A DNA stretch of 32,000 bases, from NCBI RefSeq assembly GCF_000015145.1, contig NC_008818.1, forward strand, positions 450,001 through 482,000. Direction: 5' to 3'. The DNA is from Hyperthermus butylicus DSM 5456 (GTDB lineage: Archaea; Thermoproteota; Thermoprotei_A; Sulfolobales; Pyrodictiaceae). Positions 9,575 through 17,388 of this stretch are shown piece after piece (the stretch's first letter is position 1; each line of letters starts with the position of its first letter). The position numbers and the translations under genes are program-made. The notes beneath the pieces were generated by a model that was not told the DNA's origin, searched no databases, and saw only the letters and a list, made by a program, of their open reading frames with translations.

Positions 9575-9655
9575 GTGTTACTGTCAAGGCTTGCTTGGAG
9601 GGTCAGAAATATGTGCCTCTACACTCTGCAGCCCTAGCCCACTGGGGGGCACTGC

Positions 9656-9967
9656 ATGGGCAAGGTCAGGATAGGCCTTGTAAAGCGTACAGCTAGGAAG
9701 CTCGTAGAAATGTATCCCGACATCTTCACAGAGGATTTTGAACATAATAAGCGTATAGTATCACAGCTTATAGAGACTCCGTCGAAGAAGCTTAGGAACC
9801 AAATAGCAGGCTACGTTACAAGGCTCATTAGGCTGTACAAGCGTACCGGTGAGCTACAATACCTCATAGAGCAGCAGCATGCGGAGGAGTTTAGAGCAGC
9901 CCTCTTCCAACAACAGCAAGAACAGCCCAGCGGGCAAGCAGAACAGCAGAGCCAACAAACACAATAG
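9656..9967 (+). CDS. rps17e: 30S ribosomal protein S17e with Gln-rich C-terminal tail
   Basis: MGKVRIGLVKRTARKLVEMYPDIFTEDFEHNKRIVSQLIETPSKKLRNQIAGYVTRLI is diagnostic of S17e; tail is QQQQEQPSGQAEQQSQQTQ. Confidence 0.95.
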   Translation: MGKVRIGLVKRTARKLVEMYPDIFTEDFEHNKRIVSQLIETPSKKLRNQIAGYVTRLIRLYKRTGELQYLIEQQHAEEFRAALFQQQQEQPSGQAEQQSQQTQ

Positions 9968-10113
9968 ATAGTCAATATCCTTGACAGCACTTGTTGCATG
10001 GGAACGCCTGCAAGCTGTTAGAGTATTTGCACTTCTTAGGCCCTTGTTTGCTACACATTGCAATATAATGACTGATAGAATTACCTCTTAGCCTAGCATG
10101 TATGTGAGGTGGC

Positions 10114-10743
10114 ATGGAGGGTTTGACGGGTATACCACATCCACAGCCGACGAGGTTTAAGCCTGTATCATGGCGTGAAGTTGAGGAGGGCTGCGCCCAC
10201 ATAGCCGAGAAGATTCTCGCTACGAACCTTAATGTAGATGTGATCGTCGGCATCCTGCGGGGCGGCTGGATACCGGCAAGACTCCTCTCTGACTACCTAG
10301 GCGTAGACACTATGGGCGCACTCGAGGTAAAGTTCTACCGGGGTGTTGGCGAGACAGCAGAGAAACCTGTTATAACACAGCCGCTCATAGTGAATGTTAG
10401 GGATAAGGTTGTACTTGTAGTTGACGATGTCTCCGATACCGGTAAGACGCTTACCGTGGCAGTGAACTTCCTAATGCACTATGGCCCGAGAAAGATAGTA
10501 ACTGCTACACTCTATGTTAAACCGTGGTCCATGTATAGGCCAGACTTCTACCACAGCGAGACTGATGCATGGATAATATTCCCCTGGGATAAGGCTGAAA
10601 CTGTTGTAGAGCTTGTAGCAAAACGTGGACTCAGCATAGAAGAGGTCTCAAAAATTACGGGTGAAAGCATTGACTTCATTAGAAGAATCTTTGAGACAAG
10701 GAATAAGGCTTCAACAACTAGTTCCAGGGCTGGGCAGGATTAG
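10114..10743 (+). CDS. Phosphoribosyltransferase (purine-type)
   Basis: PRPP loop VVLVVDDVSDTGKTLTVAV and GILRGGWIPARLL; PW-rich C-terminus as in archaeal xanthine/hypoxanthine-type PRTases. Confidence 0.85.
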   Translation: MEGLTGIPHPQPTRFKPVSWREVEEGCAHIAEKILATNLNVDVIVGILRGGWIPARLLSDYLGVDTMGALEVKFYRGVGETAEKPVITQPLIVNVRDKVVLVVDDVSDTGKTLTVAVNFLMHYGPRKIVTATLYVKPWSMYRPDFYHSETDAWIIFPWDKAETVVELVAKRGLSIEEVSKITGESIDFIRRIFETRNKASTTSSRAGQD

Positions 10744-11185
10744 CCTCCTACTACTCTGCACGAGGACAGATGAGGAGCTAGAGAAGCTTGCAGACAGCCT
10801 TGAAGCTGATCGCAAATGTATAGTGGGCATTATACCCGTATCGCTGGCCTCAAGACATTCTCTTAAAGAGGTATTAGCCGCGACCATCGCCGTCTACGCC
10901 GCCTACGCTAGGGGCAAGAACATTGCGCGAAAGCCCGGCATAGACGTACTCCTATATCTTGCAGGAGAGAGAAATATCTCAAAGGTGCTTCAAAACTATC
11001 CATTACGCTACGGCGAGCCAACAGTTCTTGCAGTAGCCTGCAAGAATCCGGAAAGCTTGGATCTGCTTGCCAGGAAAGCTAAGCCAGCTACCAGCTGCAG
11101 CTTACGCAGAGAAACCGAACCGTTAATGCTTGCAAAAATAGCCGTCTTTCCTGTCGAGGCCAAAGTCTACAAGCTCCAGGCCTAG
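10661..11185 (+). CDS. cgi121: KEOPS complex subunit Cgi121-like (true start probably downstream of 10661)
   Basis: ATIAVYAAYARGKNIARKPGIDVLLYLAGERNISKVLQ resembles the Cgi121/TPRKB core; the first roughly 80 bp overlap the PRTase gene. Confidence 0.72.
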   Translation: MKALTSLEESLRQGIRLQQLVPGLGRISLLLLCTRTDEELEKLADSLEADRKCIVGIIPVSLASRHSLKEVLAATIAVYAAYARGKNIARKPGIDVLLYLAGERNISKVLQNYPLRYGEPTVLAVACKNPESLDLLARKAKPATSCSLRRETEPLMLAKIAVFPVEAKVYKLQA

Positions 11186-11316
11186 CCCCGGCCGCAGATA
11201 CACCAAGGCTCTGGCAGGATACAAGATAAATCTCCCTCCGGAACCCATTAACATAATAGATATAGACGCCGAGCCCGGCAGAGGAGCCTGGACACATTGG
11301 CCTCTGGTGACAGGCT

Positions 11317-11427
11317 ATGAAGTGGATACTTCTGGAAGAAGAGGAGGAATGGTGGGAAGAGGAAGAGGAGGAAGAGTGGTGGGAGGAAGAGGAGGAAGAA
11401 GAGGAGTGGGAGGAAGAAGAGTGGTAG
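11317..11427 (+). CDS. Candidate Glu/Trp-only microprotein, 36 aa (MKWILLEEEEEWWEEEEEEEWWEEEEEEEEWEEEEW)
   Basis: Direct translation of the sequence; ATG start, TAG stop; GGTGA Shine-Dalgarno at 11306-11310 with 6-nt spacing; every codon after the sixth is GAA, GAG or TGG. Below the length cutoff of the supplied ORF track. Confidence 0.45.
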   Translation: MKWILLEEEEEWWEEEEEEEWWEEEEEEEEWEEEEW

Positions 11428-11575
11428 GCTCGGCCAACCTTGCTTTCTTCATAGCCGTTTTTAGCTGGTAGCTCTGTGCCGTCACCACTCCTCACAGCCG
11501 TGAGCGAGTATACCTGGAGCCCTTGAATATATCCTTCCAGAGTAGCCGCGGCTGGGTCTACCCGGGTGTCGCCTA

Positions 11576-13417
11576 GTGGCAAGAATAGCTGTTATCGACT
11601 ATGAACTCTGCAAGCCCAGTAAGTGCCACCGCGAGTGCATAGCATTCTGCCCTGTAAACCTGACAGGCGGCAAGGCGATAGAGTTCGACGAGGCTAGGAG
11701 GAAGCCGGTGATCTACGAGGAGACTTGCGTTGGCTGCGGTATATGTGTTAAGAAGTGCCCGTTTAAGGCTATAAGCATTGTTAACCTTCCCGACGAGCTT
11801 GAGAAAAGCGTCATCCACCGCTATGGTAGGAACGGGTTTAAGCTCTATGGGCTCCCCGTACCACGTGAGGGTAGGATACTTGGCATCATAGGTAAGAATG
11901 GTACTGGCAAGTCTACAGCACTACGCATCCTCTCGGGCGAGCTTAGGCCAAACCTCGGCCAGGTGGATGGAACCACACCCTCCTGGGATGAGGTTATCCG
12001 GAGGTTTAGAGGGACAGAGCTTCAAAACTACTTTAAGAAGCTAGCCGAGGGCTCAATAAAGGCAGCCCACAAGATACAGTATATAGACCTTGTACCCCGT
12101 CGGGTTAAGGGTACCGTGCGACAGCTACTAGAAAAGGCCGACGAGAGAGGGATATGGCGGGAGCTGGTAAAAGAGCTTGGACTCGAGAAGGTTCTGGACC
12201 GAGATATTAGGCAGCTTAGTGGTGGAGAGCTACAACGCTTCATGGTTGCAGCCGTGCTGAGCAAGGATGCAACCCTCTACCTCTTCGACGAGCCAAGCAG
12301 CTATCTTGATGTTAGGGAGAGGGTTAGGGTTGCCAGGACAATAAGGAGCTACGCGCCGAACAACAGCTATCTAGTCGTCGTAGAACACGACATCGCCATG
12401 CTCGACTACCTCTCAGATTACGTCGTAATCATGTATGGTGAACCCGGCGTATACGGCATAGCCTCAAAACCCTACGGCGTCCGAGCCGGCATAAACCACT
12501 TCCTAAGGGGCTACCTTCCAGCCGAAAACATGAGAATTAGAAGCGAACCAATAAGATACACCATAACAGCCACACCGAGCGAGACCACACTCAGCTTGAA
12601 AACATACATCTCCTGGTCCAAGCTAACAGTAAGCCTCAACGGCTTCCAGCTAAGGGTTGAGGAGGGAGAGCTACACGAGGGAGAAGTGCTAGGCGTAGTA
12701 GGACCAAACGGTATAGGTAAAACAACCTTTGTACGTGTACTGGCAGGAGAGCTCAAACCAACGGAGGGTAGTGTTTCAAAGCCTGCCGGAACCCTAAAGG
12801 TTAGCTACAAGCCACAGTATGTTAGCCCAAGCCTATTCGGCGAGGATAAAACCGTTGAGGAAGTGCTCGCCGAGGCCAACAAGTCTGTGCTAGCACCCGG
12901 CTCCTGGCTCAACGTGGAGATACTTAGAAGGATGAGACTCGACCGCCTCCTCGATCGCCGTGTAGGCGAGCTAAGCGGTGGAGAGCTTCAGAAGCTAGCA
13001 GTAGCAGTCGCACTAGCAAGAGAAGCTGACATCTACCTCCTTGACGAACCCTCAGCATACCTCGACGTGGAGGAGAGGCTAGCAGTAGCAAAGATCATTA
13101 AGAGGCTAACCGAAGCACGCGGTGCAGCAGCAATAGTTGTGGAGCACGACATAGCGGTACAAGACTACATTGCAAGCCGGATAATGGTGTTCACCGGTAC
13201 TCCCGGCGTTGAAGGTCATGCACACCAACCAGCCTCGCTCTTCGATGGCATGAACACCTTTCTGAAAGAGCTAGGCATAACGATAAGGAAGGATCCTGAA
13301 ACAGGTAGGCCGAGGATAAACAAGGAGGGAAGCTTCCTTGACAGGCTGCAGAAGAGATTAGGCAAGTACTACTACATACCTAGGCCAGGCGAGGAAGAGA
13401 AAGAGGGAGAGGAATGA
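11576..13417 (+). CDS. rli1: ABCE1/Rli1 ribosome-recycling ATPase
   Basis: N-terminal two-cluster ferredoxin domain (CKPSKCHRECIAFCPV, CVGCGICVKKCPF), two ABC domains (GKNGTGKST / GPNGIGKTT), LSGGELQRF / LSGGELQKL; GTG start with GGGTG upstream. Confidence 0.98.
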   Translation: MARIAVIDYELCKPSKCHRECIAFCPVNLTGGKAIEFDEARRKPVIYEETCVGCGICVKKCPFKAISIVNLPDELEKSVIHRYGRNGFKLYGLPVPREGRILGIIGKNGTGKSTALRILSGELRPNLGQVDGTTPSWDEVIRRFRGTELQNYFKKLAEGSIKAAHKIQYIDLVPRRVKGTVRQLLEKADERGIWRELVKELGLEKVLDRDIRQLSGGELQRFMVAAVLSKDATLYLFDEPSSYLDVRERVRVARTIRSYAPNNSYLVVVEHDIAMLDYLSDYVVIMYGEPGVYGIASKPYGVRAGINHFLRGYLPAENMRIRSEPIRYTITATPSETTLSLKTYISWSKLTVSLNGFQLRVEEGELHEGEVLGVVGPNGIGKTTFVRVLAGELKPTEGSVSKPAGTLKVSYKPQYVSPSLFGEDKTVEEVLAEANKSVLAPGSWLNVEILRRMRLDRLLDRRVGELSGGELQKLAVAVALAREADIYLLDEPSAYLDVEERLAVAKIIKRLTEARGAAAIVVEHDIAVQDYIASRIMVFTGTPGVEGHAHQPASLFDGMNTFLKELGITIRKDPETGRPRINKEGSFLDRLQKRLGKYYYIPRPGEEEKEGEE

Positions 13418-13429
13418 CCTAACATAATG

Positions 13430-13511
13430 CCTGACAGGAGGCAAGCCACACCTGACAGGCAACAAGTGTAGGGGCTACCTGGGCTATCAGCAAAGAGCTA
13501 CACCTGACAGG
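13430..13511. repeat. Three copies of CCTGACAGG (13430-13438, 13451-13459, 13503-13511)
   Basis: Exact 9-mers; the last two share the extended 13-mer ACACCTGACAGGC. Confidence 0.8.
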
Positions 13512-13573
13512 CGAGCGTTGCGCGGGAGCTGGAATAGCGTGCTCCTAGGCCAGATAGCTGTCGGAGAAACGCC

Positions 13574-14203
13574 TTGGCCCCAAAGCTGCCGCTTGAGAGA
13601 AGGGCTGTCCGGCTTCAGGCAGCAAACAAGGTGCTTCTACCCCTTCTCTCCGGCGTGAAACGATTTTCCCGGCTCTGGCGTGCTTACAATCCACTACTTG
13701 CCGGGGTAAGCCGGGTAGACCAAACCCGCGACTATACAGTCACAATCCTGACCGTACACTTGCCAGCCAGTAACCCGCTAGTAGTAGCACTCTACACTAG
13801 CGCACAGGAAAGCAGACCAATAACGCCGAGCCAGCTAGGGCAGAGGATTGCAAGGCTACGAGCACAACTAGCGAAGCTGCGCGGCCGCGTATTCAACGCT
13901 GCCGACATAGTATACGCCATACTTGCACCTAGAGGCTTCACATCAGGAGCAATCAAGCTAGCTAGGAGGCTCGGAGTAAACACTGCAAGGAAGCCTGAAG
14001 AAGTTATACAGATACTTGCAAAATACCTCACAACGAGGCTGAACAGGCTATACCTACGACTCAAAGGCAAACTCATCTGGGGCGAGCTACCACTACTCAT
14101 ATATGCCCTGCAGGAACTAGCAGCTGCACTAGGAACCAAGCACAGAGTCATAGAGCCAGCACAAGCCCTCCAACTCGCAGAAAAAGGCGGATTCCTAACC
14201 TGA
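13574..14203 (+). CDS. Hypothetical protein (basic, helical)
   Basis: 209 aa ORF with TTG start and upstream GGAG; coding-like composition; no family recognised. Confidence 0.6.
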   Translation: MAPKLPLERRAVRLQAANKVLLPLLSGVKRFSRLWRAYNPLLAGVSRVDQTRDYTVTILTVHLPASNPLVVALYTSAQESRPITPSQLGQRIARLRAQLAKLRGRVFNAADIVYAILAPRGFTSGAIKLARRLGVNTARKPEEVIQILAKYLTTRLNRLYLRLKGKLIWGELPLLIYALQELAAALGTKHRVIEPAQALQLAEKGGFLT

Positions 14204-14962
14204 ACCTCGGAGAGAACTACCCAATTCTCTAGAACCAGAGATTCAACTTTACCTCTTTTGAGTGACATCCTTCACTCTTCAACCCAAAGAAGCTAAAGAA
14301 TATCAGAAGGTTACCTCGATCCTACTTCAAGTCCTAGCCTCTACTCCCGCTATCCTATAACTCGTAGACCAACAACTATAGCTCAACTATGAGATGACCG
14401 GGTCAACTTGTATAGCCAGCTTAGCGGAAGGTAGTGTCTACCACAAGGACTTTCCGCGGACTAGTATTGGTTCGTCTTCCTAGAAACATTCCTTGTGTAG
14501 ATCTTACAGATGCTGTAAGCGGTCTTGTAGTATCCCGATATTATATCGACTGTATCACCATGGAGAGCCACTCCTATCAACTAACGCTCAGGTAAATACT
14601 TGGAGCGAAGTATACTATAGGTCTAACATGTTTAGGTTGCTGCTAAGCTATAATCACACCATAGCCTTTATAATACTCTTGGGAAGCCTGACAGGATGCT
14701 TAGCAGCGGATATCGTCTAGTTACCAGTTTAAAGCCATATGTTGCTATGACTGCCAGAATAACTCTAAGCATTCTTTCCTTACTTATAACATATAGGATA
14801 TATAGGAGCGGGGATACTCAGTCAGCTTCTTCGCCATCTGCTTCTTGCCTCCCAGTATTACAGATTGTTTCAAGGGCTCCTCCTGTCAGGTTGTACTATC
14901 TTGCTGTGTGGGTGAGACTTAAGGCTCTCCCATACATAGCTTAGTATGTATGGTGGTGTTTT

Positions 14963-16141
14963 GTGGGCGAGGAGCGTCGTGTAACTATAAGTGTTATCAA
15001 GGCTGATATAGGCAGCATTGCCGGTCACCATAAGGTACACCCTGACACTATTGCTGCTGCCACTCGCGTCCTCGCTGAGGCTAAGCGTAAGGGAACCATT
15101 ATAGACTTCTACGTAACCCATGTGGGCGACGATCTACAGCTAATCATGACACATAGAAAGGGTGTTGATAGTCCTGAAATCCATGGCCTGGCGTGGGAGG
15201 CTTTCAAGAAGGCTGCGGAGGTAGCTAAGGAGCTAGGCCTTTATGCTGCTGGCCAGGACCTGCTAAGTGACGCCTTTTCAGGCAATGTTAGGGGGCTAGG
15301 TCCCGGCGTTGCCGAGATGGAGTTTGTTGAGAGGCCAAGTGAACCAATAGTGGTGTTCATGGCTGATAAGACCGAGCCTGGCGCTTTCAACCTTCCGCTA
15401 TACAGAATATTTGCTGATCCATTCAATACTGCTGGCCTCGTAATAGACCCCAGGATGCATGATGGCTTTAAGTTCGAGGTCCTCGACGTTTTAGAGGGCA
15501 AGTATGTAGTGCTAAATGCGCCCGAGGAGCTCTACGACCTACTAGCACTCATAGGTACACCTAGCCGTTATGTGATAAAGAGGATCTACAGGAAGAGAGA
15601 CAACGAGATAGCAGCTGTGGTCAGTGTTGAAAGGCTTAACTTGATAGCAGGAAGGTACGTGGGTAAGGACGATCCAGTAGCAATCGTTAGGGCGCAGAGC
15701 GGTTTCCCGGCTGTCGGCGAGATACTGGAGCCTTTCAGCTTTCCACACCTAGTTGCGGGCTGGATGAGGGGTAGCCACTGGGGCCCACTAATGCCTGTAA
15801 GCCTGCGCGACGCCAAGTGTACAAGGTTCGATGGTCCGCCGAGAATCGTAGCGCTAGGCTTCCAGGTAACCAAGGGCAAGCTCATAGGTCCTGTAGACCT
15901 ATTCGACGACCCGGCATTCGACGAGGCTAGGAGGCTCGCACAGCAGATAGCAGACTACATGAGACGCCACGGCCCATTCATGCCGCACAGGCTAGGCCCA
16001 GAGGAGATGGAATACACGACATTGCCACAAGTACTGGAGAAGCTTAAGAACAGATTTGCCGAGGCTAAGGACTACGAGAAGTACATCAAGCCCAAGATTA
16101 AGAAAAGCGAACTACTCACGGGCGAGGAGACCCACGACTAA
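14963..16141 (+). CDS. fbp: Fructose-1,6-bisphosphate aldolase/phosphatase (archaeal bifunctional type)
   Basis: VTISVIKADIGSIAGHHKVHP, THVGDDLQLIMTH, FMADKTEPGAFNLPLYRIFADPFNTAGLVIDP, DGPPRIVALGFQ. Confidence 0.98.
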   Translation: MGEERRVTISVIKADIGSIAGHHKVHPDTIAAATRVLAEAKRKGTIIDFYVTHVGDDLQLIMTHRKGVDSPEIHGLAWEAFKKAAEVAKELGLYAAGQDLLSDAFSGNVRGLGPGVAEMEFVERPSEPIVVFMADKTEPGAFNLPLYRIFADPFNTAGLVIDPRMHDGFKFEVLDVLEGKYVVLNAPEELYDLLALIGTPSRYVIKRIYRKRDNEIAAVVSVERLNLIAGRYVGKDDPVAIVRAQSGFPAVGEILEPFSFPHLVAGWMRGSHWGPLMPVSLRDAKCTRFDGPPRIVALGFQVTKGKLIGPVDLFDDPAFDEARRLAQQIADYMRRHGPFMPHRLGPEEMEYTTLPQVLEKLKNRFAEAKDYEKYIKPKIKKSELLTGEETHD

Positions 16142-16232
16142 CCCTAGGGTTTTTGCATACATAACTTTCGTATTCTTCGAACAGAAAATACATAATCCAT
16201 CTTGTCCAACTCTACACGTTCCGGTGCAGGCC

Positions 16233-16573
16233 TTGTCCTCCGAGAGCAACTATGTAGCTCAACTCCTTAGAGAGATGGAGCGACACATACGTAATGAAGC
16301 CGTTAAAGCCCCCGAGCTATCTAAAAGATTCTTTGATCTTTTCGAAGCCATAAAGAAGCCTGGTGCTCTCGACACAAAAACAAGGAGCTAATAGCTGTAG
16401 CTGCTAGGTGCAAATACTGCATAGTACTCCATGTACGTGAAGCTCTACGTTCTGGCGCAAAACCTGAAGAGGTACGTGAGGCGGGCTGGGTTGCTGTGCT
16501 AATGTGCGGCGGCCCCTGCTTTGCGTACCTCAAAGTGTTAGAGGAGGCTCTGGACAGCCTAGCCAAGAGCTAG
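16233..16573 (+). pseudogene. Carboxymuconolactone decarboxylase/AhpD-like protein split by a -1 frameshift (decay, programmed shift or sequence error)
   Basis: Frame 1: LSSESNYVAQLLREMERHIRNEAVKAPELSKRFFDLFEAIKKPGALDTKT; then, one nt back, KELIAVAVAARCKYCIVLHVREALRSGAKPEEVREAGWVAVLMCGGPCFAYLKVLEEALDSLAKS*. The shift lies in GACACAAAAACAAGGAG (16371-16387). The CxxCxxxH motif is in the second frame. Confidence 0.75.
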
Positions 16574-17101
16574 CTTGCTTCAGCAGCAATGGAGAAGACC
16601 ACCATAACCTGCATTTCTTCGGAGTTCATTGACGTCCAATATGTGCCCGTAGAACCAGCGTACGCATAAGGGACCGTCTACGTACATAGATTTCTTCGAA
16701 CCAGTCAGGGTGCTTCCCAGTAATATCAAAAGGAGCCGAGAATGCGTGCTCTTCATCTACATGGCGTTGATAACGCTTGACCAGCTGAGAGTGGTAGACT
16801 GTAAAACAGCAGGCACAAATCTCTAGATAGCATACTCACTTGCGAGCATGTTGACTTCGCAGTCGTAGAACTCCTCGGCTAGACGGAGTATAGACTCGAG
16901 TGTTGGCTTCCTTCTCACCTTGTAGATGAGCCTGCGGAGGGAGGGGTTGGAGTTTAAGAGCATTCTTACTATTTTTTCAAAGACTCCACGCCCATCACTG
17001 TTAAGCCAGCCCATTTTGTCAAAGTAATTGTGGTACTCTTCAAGTAGTATTCTTAACAAGTCGCAGGCTTCGCGGGGATATCCATCTCTGCAGCAGCTCA
17101 A
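16570..17101 (-). pseudogene. Possible degraded gene: intact 92-aa 5' part (16823..17101) followed by coding-like fragments in other frames
   Basis: Strong GGAGGTGA Shine-Dalgarno at 17109-17116 before the TTG start at 17101. After the stop, VCYLEICACCFTVYHSQLVKRYQRHVDEEHAFSAPFDITGKHPDWFEEIYV continues in another frame. Final in-frame stop overlaps the AhpD-like stop in CTAG (16570-16573). Confidence 0.4.
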
Positions 17102-17388
17102 GAGAGGATTTCACCTCCCACCCCTTGGTGTGGTGTGTCGGTTCCTGCCGGACTCATCACCTTAACCATCATCAGCGGGTGGGACGGTGCGGGGCCGCAG
17201 TAACAATCTACACTCCTCATCCGCCCTTATAGGGTGTTGCTCTGCTACTAGAATATCTCTTAGCACATGAGTTGCGAGCTAAGTGCTATTTATCATCCGT
17301 ACTAGGTGTTAGCTAGTGATGCTATAGTGTTGTCAGCTATATAAACATAAAATTGATGCAACTCTATGCATAATAGCTGGTGTAACTT

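Noticed and set aside
11088-11582. 164-aa minus-strand ORF with Ser/His repeats (HSSSSHSSSSSSSSHH...)
   Set aside because: The repeats are the complement of the purine-rich Glu/Trp tract; the rest overlaps the Cgi121-like gene antisense and has unusual Cys/Arg-rich composition.
14341-14480. Minus-strand GCGGAAAGTCC resembling RNase P RNA conserved region I
   Set aside because: I could not find the partner conserved regions or a matching P4 pairing in the neighbouring sequence; a single short match is not enough.
17100-17190. Minus-strand CTGATGATGG...GGTGATGA resembling C/C' boxes
   Set aside because: No correctly spaced D/D' boxes; better explained as leader of the 17101 ORF.
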